A stretch of 13,995 bases of DNA from Gemmatimonadales bacterium (lineage in GTDB: Bacteria; Gemmatimonadota; Gemmatimonadetes; Gemmatimonadales; GWC2-71-9), in contig JBBQFH010000050.1 in assembly GCA_038321865.1 (NCBI GenBank), positions 1 to 13,995 on the forward strand. Reading direction: 5' to 3'. The notes below the pieces were generated by a model that had not been told where the DNA came from, did not search any database, and was given only the letters and a program-made list of their open reading frames with translations. The position numbers were made by a program, and so were the translations under genes. Position 1 is the stretch's first letter, and the number at the start of each line of letters is the position of its first letter. This document shows positions 1 through 7,303 of the stretch, piece after piece.

Positions 1-2210
1 CGCCAGTCGGCCCGCTCGAACCACAGCTTGCCGGCAGAGAATGCTTCGATCTGCTTCCGACAGACCGCGTCGTGTCCGCCCGACTGCCAGGCGCGCCGCA
101 GCACGTCAGCTGATGCGCCGGCGCGGGTCGAATTGGCCGCGAGGCGCTCCTGCGCCGCGAAGAACGCTGCCGTGTCGCCCCGCGCGAAATACATTCGCGC
201 AATCGTGCGGAGCGCGAGCGGCAGCGTCGGATCGAGTGCCAGCGCCTTCTGCATCGAAACCAGCGCCTGAGCGGTATCGCCCCGGGCGAGGAAGATTCCT
301 CCAAGATTGGCGTTGGTGATGGCCGAGAGCGGATCCAGTTGCAGCGCTCTCGTGAACGACGCCAGCGCCTGGTCCGTCTGCCCCGCGGCGTTCAGCACAT
401 CGGCGTACCATTTGTGAGCGTTGACGTACCCCGGGCTCAGCTGGATGGCTCGACGAAAGGCGCTGTCCGCCTTCGGCAAATCCCAATCCTGCAGCAACAG
501 CAGGTAGGCCCTGGACGTCACGGCCGCGCCGAAGTCTGGGTCGATGGCGAGGGCCCGATCGGCAGCCGTCCTCGCCTGGGCGAGGGTGGCGACGGAGGGC
601 ACGTTGGAGTAGAAGGCGAGCACGATGTAGGCGTCGGCCAGACCGGTCCAGGCCTGGACGAAGAGGGAATCGCGCGCCAGCGCCTGCTGGAACAGACCGA
701 TTGCCCGTTCGACGTCGATCGTGGTGCGCTTGGCCTGGTAGAAACGTCCCTGCAGGTACAGGTCGTACGCCTCGGGATCGCGGGTTGCGGCTGCTTCCCC
801 ACGGACGGTCCTGGCAAGGACTCGACCGCGAAGGGCCGCGATCACCGCGCGGGCGACTTCATCCTGGACGGCGAAAATGTCGGTGGTGCTGCGGTCGAAC
901 GTCTCCGACCAGAGGCTGACGCCGTCCGCGGCCTTCACCAGCTGGGCGGTGATCCGAAGCTTGTCTCCGGCCCGCTGGACGCTGCCCTCGAGGACGGTGG
1001 ACACGCCGAGCGATGTCCCGATTTCCCGCACGTCCACATTTTTTCCGCGAAACGAGAACGCCGAGGTCCGCGCGGCCACGTCGAGGCCGGGCACATTGCC
1101 GAGCGCGCTGATCAGGGTTTCGGCGATCCCGTCGCCAAAGTATTCGTTGGTGCGGTCCGGACTCAGATCGGAGAACGGCAACACCGCGACCGATGCGTTT
1201 CCGGCTGGCGGCGCACTTGAGCGGGCAGGCCGCCAGAAGATCACCGCCGTGACGATGGCCACGACCGCGATTCCGGCCGCGATGAAACCGAGCCACCCTC
1301 GGTTCCGGTCCGCGACCGTCTCCGGCGGCGGTGGAATCCTTTCCTCCCGAGTGGCGAGTGCCCGGGCGAACTCGCCGCATCCGGCCCACCGATCCGCCGG
1401 CGCCTTTGCAAGGGCGCGCTGCACTGCGGTGTCGACCCCGGCGGGAACCTCCGGGCGGGCGCTCCGAATCGGCCGCGGCGTCTCGGTCATCAATCGGGAG
1501 ATGATGACTCGTGCCGTCGCGCCGGTGTGGGGCGGTTCTCCGGTCAGCATTTCGTAGGCTATGGCGCCCAGCGCGTATTGATCGGCCCGGGCATCGACGC
1601 TTCGCTCCCCTGTTGCCTGCTCCGGGCTCATGTAGAGCGGTGTGCCCAGCGAGAGGCCGGTCTGGGTTACCCGCTCGCCGCCCGCTTCGGCGACGGCGAG
1701 CGCAATGCCGAAGTCCGCGATGACGGGCTGCCCCGACTGGAGGAGAATGTTCTCCGGCTTGAGGTCGCGGTGAACAATGTTCTGGGCGTGGGCGTAGTCG
1801 AGCGCGTTCGCCAGCACTCCGATCAGGCGGACCACTTCATCGACGGGCAGCTGGGAGGCCGCGTCCAACCGGACCCTGAGGGTTGGCCCTTCGATATAAG
1901 GCATGACGTAGTAGAGGAAGGAACGAGGCCCTTCGCTGCGCTCGGAATGTTCGACGAGCACTTCGCCCGAGTCGAACAGCGGAAGGAGATTGGGATGCCG
2001 TAGGTTGGCGGTGACCTTGATCTCAGCGAGGAATCGCTCGACGCCGAGCACGGCGGCGAGCTCGGGGTTGAGGACCTTGATGGCCACCTGGCGATCGTGC
2101 TTGACGTCGTGGGCCAGATAGACTGTGGCCATGCCACCCTGGCCGAGCTCGCGCTCGACGGTGTAGCGGCCGGCGAGCGCCGCCGACAACCGTGCGAGCG
2201 GGTCTGTCAC
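1..2210 (-). CDS. Membrane Ser/Thr protein kinase (Hanks-type) with TM helix, TolB_N-like domain and TPR repeats; 3'-partial (>736 aa) [kinase 6]
   Basis: Absent from the ORF track because it has no stop in the window; translated by hand from GTG at 2210, which overlaps the upstream TGA as GTGA. Kinase motifs: VTDPLARLSAALAGRYTVERELGQGGMATVY, VAIKVL, HRDLKPENIL, DFG, GTPLYMSPEQ. TM: WLGFIAAGIAVVAIVTAVIFW. TolB_N-like: SVAVLPFSDLSPDRTNEYFGDGIAE...VLEGSVQRAGDKLRITAQLV. TPR-like: PEAYDLYLQGR...AIGLFQQALARD. Confidence 0.93.
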   Translation of the reverse strand, partial: MTDPLARLSAALAGRYTVERELGQGGMATVYLAHDVKHDRQVAIKVLNPELAAVLGVERFLAEIKVTANLRHPNLLPLFDSGEVLVEHSERSEGPRSFLYYVMPYIEGPTLRVRLDAASQLPVDEVVRLIGVLANALDYAHAQNIVHRDLKPENILLQSGQPVIADFGIALAVAEAGGERVTQTGLSLGTPLYMSPEQATGERSVDARADQYALGAIAYEMLTGEPPHTGATARVIISRLMTETPRPIRSARPEVPAGVDTAVQRALAKAPADRWAGCGEFARALATREERIPPPPETVADRNRGWLGFIAAGIAVVAIVTAVIFWRPARSSAPPAGNASVAVLPFSDLSPDRTNEYFGDGIAETLISALGNVPGLDVAARTSAFSFRGKNVDVREIGTSLGVSTVLEGSVQRAGDKLRITAQLVKAADGVSLWSETFDRSTTDIFAVQDEVARAVIAALRGRVLARTVRGEAAATRDPEAYDLYLQGRFYQAKRTTIDVERAIGLFQQALARDSLFVQAWTGLADAYIVLAFYSNVPSVATLAQARTAADRALAIDPDFGAAVTSRAYLLLLQDWDLPKADSAFRRAIQLSPGYVNAHKWYADVLNAAGQTDQALASFTRALQLDPLSAITNANLGGIFLARGDTAQALVSMQKALALDPTLPLALRTIARMYFARGDTAAFFAAQERLAANSTRAGASADVLRRAWQSGGHDAVCRKQIEAFSAGKLWFERADW
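1927..1949. repeat. Short palindromic-repeat-like sequence in frame within kinase 6
   Basis: Plus strand GGCCCTTCGCTGCGCTCGGAATG encodes HSERSEG(P) on the minus strand. It lies inside an 11-aa insertion relative to the paralogs. Family resemblance is from recall, not from a search. Confidence 0.55.
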
Positions 2211-4742
2211 CGGGCTCCCTTCAACTTCTCCGCGACGAATCGCGGAAAGTTGGTGAGAACGTTCAGGTGGGTGGCGCGAACAGCCGGCACACCCATCAGC
2301 AGCAGGAAGCGTCCATCGGGACCCAGGTCCCAGCTCGCCTTTGCCTGGTTGTACTGGCCCTCGAAGAGCAGCCGGGGAGGCTCGGGCGTCTCGCCCGGTG
2401 CCGGGACGCGAACGGCGAACCACTTGTTGGCCGCGCGATAGGTCAACGTTTTCCCGTCCCGGCTCCAGCGCGCCTCATTCACGACGCCCGAGGCGTACTT
2501 CCGCCGTCCGCCCGCGTCCGTTCCGTCCAGCGCGGCGATGTACCCGCCATCCGAGTTGTCCCACGATACGGTCTTGCCATCGGGTGAGATGCGGCACCAG
2601 TTGAGGCCGCGGTCCAGCCGGACGGAGTCCGCCCCGGACGCGGACCGCCAAATGATGCCGCCGTTGCTGCAGCGCACCGAGCCGTCGCGCGCCTCGTCCA
2701 TGATCGGCGGACCGGCCGTGTCGATCGAGAACGTCGCGCCGGCTACGTGAACGATCGCCTCCCGGGTGTCGGATCGCACGGTGAGGTCCTTGCCGTCTCG
2801 AATCCAGTTGAGCGGCAAGGTGCTGACCGGGAGCCGCGCTTCATCGGTCACGTGACGAACGAGGTCGGCCACCAGGAGAACCGATCCGAGCACGGGATCG
2901 CGAACGGAGTAGGCCAGGCGGTGGCCATCGGCGGTGAGAGCATAGCTCTCGAGCACGGCCGGGGGCAGCGGCAGCGTGTCGAGCACCTTGCCCTGGGGAC
3001 TGACCCAGACAAAACGGCTGATGGCGCCATCGCCGCCGGCCGTCCAGACCAGGGTGCCGCTCGCGCTGAGCGCGAGATGACCCGTTCCGGTCCAGGCCTC
3101 GATCCGTACGTTGCTGAGGATCGGTCGCGGAGCGGCAAGCAGCTTCCCTTTGGCGAGGTCGATGGCTGCCCCGTACATGGTACTGTCGCGCACGAAGACG
3201 AGATACCGGCCGGCCACGACCAGCGGATGCGCGCCACGAACGAGTCCGTCGGGGGAGATGGTGTCGTGGGCGGTTGCGGTCGTGATCGGGATGGTCCAGC
3301 CGGTCTTTCCGTCGAGCAGCTCCAGCCCATAGCTCCGCCCGTTGATGCCGACCAGGGTGCCGGGGCTTCCCGCAACCGGAGTCAATTGATGCACGCGAGG
3401 GCATGGCGTCGACAGGGGCGTGGGGTCACCACCGTCGGCAGGAACGGCAAAGGCACAATTGTTGTAATGGCCGCCATAGAGGCGATCGTCCGCGCCCCAC
3501 GTCAGCGAGGTCGGCAGGATGTCTCCGGCGACGCGGGTCACGCTGCCATCGGCGAAGGTCAGCCGTCGGAACTGGGTATCGACGGCGAAGATCGCCGAGA
3601 GTCCGTCGGGAGCGAGGACGGGAAGGCGCGCGCCGGCGGTGTTGGGGAGAGCGGAGATGGTACCGTTGTCGGTGCGCACCAGCATCAACCGGGATCCGGC
3701 CTGGGTGCGCGTGGCGTAGATCACCTCTTTGCCATCGGCCGAGATGTCGAGCGACCGGACCGCCTCGTCGTAGAAGCTCCGGCCGGCGACCAGAGGCGCC
3801 GAGTCGGGCAGCGCGATCGACCAGAACCTCGGCTCGGCGTTGTCGGTCGTCGAGGATGAGCCGAGGCGCGACCAGGCAAGTGCCCCGACGGCCAGCCCTA
3901 CCAGCAACATTGCGCCAAGTTGCCAGGCGGCGGCGCCACTCAGTGCGGCCGAGAATTGCGCGGCAGTCGCCATCCGATCGGCCGGCAGCTTTTCGAGCGC
4001 GGTCAGGACGGCATCCTCGACATGTGGCGGGACGCGGTCGCGTCGGGCAATGATGCTGGCCGGCTTCTCGGTCATCACCTTGGCGACGATGGCCTGCGCC
4101 GTGGGCCCGCTGAAGGGCGGCTCACCGGTGAGCATTTCATAGGTCACGCAGCCGAGCGCATAGATGTCGGTGCGGGCGTCGAGATCCCGTTCTCCCATCG
4201 CCTGCTCGGGTCATCCGCTTGCCGCCGGTCTTCGAGGCGGCGAGCGCAATGCCGAAGTCGGCCACCAGCGCGTGGCCGCCGTGCAGCAGGATGTTTTCCG
4301 GCTTGATGTCGCGGTGGATCACGCCGTGCTGGTGGGCGTACTCGAGCGCTTCCGCCACCTCGCGGGCAATGCGCAGCGCGTCATCGATGGGAAGCTGCTT
4401 CTCGCGGCTGATCCGGTCGCGCAGCGACTCGCCCTGGACGTACGGCATGACGTAGAACACCGTCCCGTCGACGGTGCCCGAGTCGAAGAGCGCAAGGATG
4501 TGCGGGTGCTGGAGGTTGGCGGTGGTCTTGATCTCGGTGAGGAAGCGGTCTGCGCCGATGACCGCCGCGAGCTCGGGGCGCAACACCTTCACCGCGACCT
4601 TGCGATAGTGCTTCAGGTCTTCGGCCAGATAGACGGTGGCCATGCCGCCGGCGCCGAGCTCGCGTTCGAGGGTGTAGCGGTCGGCGAGGGCCGAGGCGAG
4701 GCGCCCGGGAACGCCCGTCATGCCAGACCCGTCGTCGGGCAC
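2207..4742 (-). pseudogene. Frameshifted Ser/Thr kinase-TM-TolB/PD40 beta-propeller gene, split into ORFs 4137..4742/4721 and 2207..4198 [kinase 5]
   Basis: The 5' ORF has ELGAGGMATVY, VAVKVL, HRDIKPEN and DFG, then GGKRMT. The 3' ORF resumes in another frame at PEQAMGERDLDARTDIYALG, followed by TM WQLGAMLLVGLAVGALAW and propeller repeats (ISADGKEVIY, LAPDGLSAIF, ALTADGHRLAY, ISPDGKTVSW, WSRDGKTLTY, LGPDGRFLL). The activation-loop/GTPxYMS segment is missing. Start is GTG 4742 (GGAGG 6 nt upstream) or ATG 4721. Confidence 0.85.
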
Positions 4743-4888
4743 GTGGAACCTCCGCTCATTGCCCAGCCCTGAGCACCTTCCGCACATCCACGCGGGCCAT
4801 CGTGTTCGCCTGGGAAAACATCGCGAGGACGGCCAGGGAGCGGTCCCGGGCGGAGCACCTTGATGGCGACGCCGCGAGCGGAATTCAC
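4718..4888 (-). pseudogene. 56-codon ORF carrying a relic of a Ser/Thr kinase (subdomain II, VAIKVLRP)
   Basis: GTG 4888 reads VNSARGVAIKVLRPGPLP...TTGLA*. The segment gtcgccatcaaggtgctccgcccg (4870..4847) encodes the same octapeptide as kinase 4. The stop overlaps ATG 4721 as ATGA. Confidence 0.5.
4749..4753 (-). promoter_or_regulatory. Shine-Dalgarno GGAGG upstream of GTG 4742
   Basis: Minus strand reads GAGCGGAGGTTCCACGTG, giving 6-nt spacing to an in-frame GTG. Confidence 0.5.
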
Positions 4889-4892
4889 AGTC

Positions 4893-7262
4893 TCACGTCC
4901 CGGCCGGCGGCAGGATCCACGCCCCCAGGGCCTTGAAGCGAGGATCCTCGCGGACCGAATCAAAGACCGGATCCATCAGATACGAGCCCGGTTCGTGTGC
5001 GTTGGCCGACCGCTCGAACCAACTGAAGAACTTGTCCCGGTCACCCAATCCCAGGTAGAGCCACGCAATGTACCATGCCGGAACGCGCGTCTCCCCACGC
5101 GACTGCTCGAGAAGTTCAGCCAGCATACGCTGCGCCTCGGGCCGCCGGTTGCAGACGGCATAGATATAGCCGGGAGGTGCCAAGGTGGTAGCCCCGGCTC
5201 GGATCCCGGCCGCGGTCTCCGCCAGCGCCGCATCGCATCGCTTTTGCTGCACGTACACGTAGGCGAGAAGGGTGTGTGCGGCCGCGGCCGCCGGGCCCAA
5301 TTCCAGCGTCCGCCTGAACTGCGCGGCCGCCGCGTCGTAGTTGTGCGCGAAATAATACATGCTGCCGAGCCGCATGCTGATGATGATCGACCGGGGAGAC
5401 AGCCGGAGCGCCTTCTGCGCCTCGGCGATCGCCTGGGGAAACTCGTCGCGAAGCGCGTGACTCCAGGCCAGGAAGAGATGGGTGTCCGCGTAGCTCGAGT
5501 CCAGGGCGAGCGCGGTGTCGAGTTGCGCCCGCGCCGTCACATCGTTCCGTTCCCCCTGCTGCAGGATGATGGCGAGCGAGGTATGCGCCTCGGCGCTCGT
5601 GGGATCGAGCTCGAGCGCCCTGAGCACCGCGGCCTTGGCCACGGGCAGGCCGTCATTGGGCTCCAGACAGCAGAAGAAGGACATGAAGGCGTAGACGTCC
5701 CCCCGGCCAGCCCACGCCTTGGCATACGCCGAGTCACGTCGGATCGCTTCGTCGAACGACTTCAACGCTTCGTCGAGGTGCTGCCGGCTCGCGAGGATCA
5801 GGCGGCCGCGGAAGTAGGCCTCCTGCGCGGCGACGTCCGTGGTGCCGTGGTTCACGACGAGCTGGCGCGTCCGCTCCGCGATCCGGCCCTGGAGCGCCGT
5901 GACGATGGCGAGTACGATGGAGTCCTGCAGCGCGAACGACAGCGATCCCTTCGCTTCGTAGTGGCCGGTCCATTCCTGACTGCCGTTGGCGGCATCGAGC
6001 AGTTGCGCGTCAATCCTGATGCTGTCGCCGGTGCTCGTCCGTCGGAGCGTGCCGGTCACCAAGCGCCGCACGTCGAGCGCCCGCCCGATCGAGTCGAGTG
6101 AGACGGCGGTGCCTCGGAACGAGAACGCCGCCGCCGGGGCGGCCACGCGAAGGCCCGGCACCTTCCGGAGCTCCGTCGCGAGCTCCGCGGCGAGTCCCCG
6201 GCTCAGAATACTGTCGCCGGCAACGGAACTGAGATTGTCGAAGGCCAGGACGGCCAGGCCGCCATTCGACGCCCCGGATCCGGCAGCCCGACTGGATGAG
6301 GGGCGATGTGTCAGTTTGTATGTCGTCACCGCGACGCCGCCGACGAGCAGCGCCGCAAGTGCCGCCCCCATGACGGTGCGCGAGCGGCGCCGCACCGGCG
6401 CCGGGTGCTCGCTCGTGGACGGCTCCGTGACGCCCTTCGTCAAGGCCTCAGCGAATGCGCGCGCGGTCGGGAATCGATCGGCCGGCGCCTTCTCCAGCGC
6501 CCTCCGCACCGCCCGCTCGACGGCCACCGGGACGCCGCGGCGCACCATGCAGATCGACGGCATCGGCTCGAGCGCCCGCCGGGCGGCGATCGCCTGGCTG
6601 CTGGGGCCGCGGAAGGGAGCCTCGCCGACCAGCATCTCGAACATCACACATCCCAGCGCGAAGACGTCCGACCGGCCGTCGATGGCGGACTCCCCCGCCG
6701 CCTGCTCCGGGCTCATGTACGCCGGCGTGCCGATCGCGAGCCCGGTCTGCGTCAACTGCTCATCGTCCGCCGCCGAGAGCGTGCGGGCAATGCCGAAATC
6801 GGCGACGAGTACTTCGCCGTCGGCGAGCAGGATGTTCTCCGGCTTGATATCGCGGTGCACTACGCCGTGGCTGTGGGCGTATTCGAGCGCGGAGCAGATC
6901 GCGGCGGTCAGCGCGACGGCATCCTCCACCGGCAGCTGCCGCTCGCGGTCCATGCGGGCGCGGAGCGACTCGCCCGCCACATAGGGCATGACGTAGTAGA
7001 GGAGGTCACCGGCGGTGCCGGAGTCGTGGATGGCGAGGATGCGGGGATGGGTCAGGCGGGCGGTGAGCTCGATCTCGCGGAGAAACCGCTCGGCGCCGAG
7101 GGCGGCGCAGAGCTCCGGCCGCAGCACCTTGATCGCGACCGGACGGCGGTGCTTCAGGTCCTGGGCGAGATAGACGTAGGCCATCCCGCCCCGGCCAAGC
7201 TCACGCTCGAGCGTGTAGCGGCCCTCGAGGAAATGATCGAGCGCTGCCGAAATGTCGGTCAC
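4893..7262 (-). CDS. Membrane Ser/Thr protein kinase with TM helix, TolB_N-like domain and TPR repeats (~789 aa) [kinase 4]
   Basis: Kinase motifs: ELGRGGMAYVY, VAIKVLRPE, HRDIKPEN, DFG, GTPAYMSPEQ. TM: VMGAALAALLVGGVAVTTY. Then LAVLAFDNLS, TPRs (ALELDPTSAEAH, ALALDSSYADTH) and C-terminal DPVFDSVREDPRF. Start placed at GTG 7262 (VTDISAALDHFLEGRY) by alignment with paralog N-termini; ATG 7313 is an alternative. Confidence 0.92.
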   Translation of the reverse strand: MTDISAALDHFLEGRYTLERELGRGGMAYVYLAQDLKHRRPVAIKVLRPELCAALGAERFLREIELTARLTHPRILAIHDSGTAGDLLYYVMPYVAGESLRARMDRERQLPVEDAVALTAAICSALEYAHSHGVVHRDIKPENILLADGEVLVADFGIARTLSAADDEQLTQTGLAIGTPAYMSPEQAAGESAIDGRSDVFALGCVMFEMLVGEAPFRGPSSQAIAARRALEPMPSICMVRRGVPVAVERAVRRALEKAPADRFPTARAFAEALTKGVTEPSTSEHPAPVRRRSRTVMGAALAALLVGGVAVTTYKLTHRPSSSRAAGSGASNGGLAVLAFDNLSSVAGDSILSRGLAAELATELRKVPGLRVAAPAAAFSFRGTAVSLDSIGRALDVRRLVTGTLRRTSTGDSIRIDAQLLDAANGSQEWTGHYEAKGSLSFALQDSIVLAIVTALQGRIAERTRQLVVNHGTTDVAAQEAYFRGRLILASRQHLDEALKSFDEAIRRDSAYAKAWAGRGDVYAFMSFFCCLEPNDGLPVAKAAVLRALELDPTSAEAHTSLAIILQQGERNDVTARAQLDTALALDSSYADTHLFLAWSHALRDEFPQAIAEAQKALRLSPRSIIISMRLGSMYYFAHNYDAAAAQFRRTLELGPAAAAAHTLLAYVYVQQKRCDAALAETAAGIRAGATTLAPPGYIYAVCNRRPEAQRMLAELLEQSRGETRVPAWYIAWLYLGLGDRDKFFSWFERSANAHEPGSYLMDPVFDSVREDPRFKALGAWILPPAGT

Positions 7263-7303
7263 GAACGCTCGCGTGATGCGCTCGTCGCCGACGTCATGAT
7301 CAC
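7259..7303 (-). other. 14-codon mini-ORF (VIMTSATSASRERS*) bridging kinases 3 and 4
   Basis: Its GTG (7303) overlaps the kinase 3 TGA, and its own TGA (7261..7259) overlaps the kinase 4 GTG. Both overlaps are GTGA. Translation is not demonstrated. Confidence 0.3.

Noticed and set aside
4205..4214. Programmed ribosomal frameshift in kinase 5
   Set aside because: There is no canonical slippery heptamer, and restoring the frame would still leave ~14 essential activation-segment codons missing. A deletion explains it better.
4743..4892. Terminator, promoter or ncRNA in the largest spacer
   Set aside because: No hairpin followed by a U-tract and no convincing -35/-10 pair was seen. The region is better explained as a gene relic.
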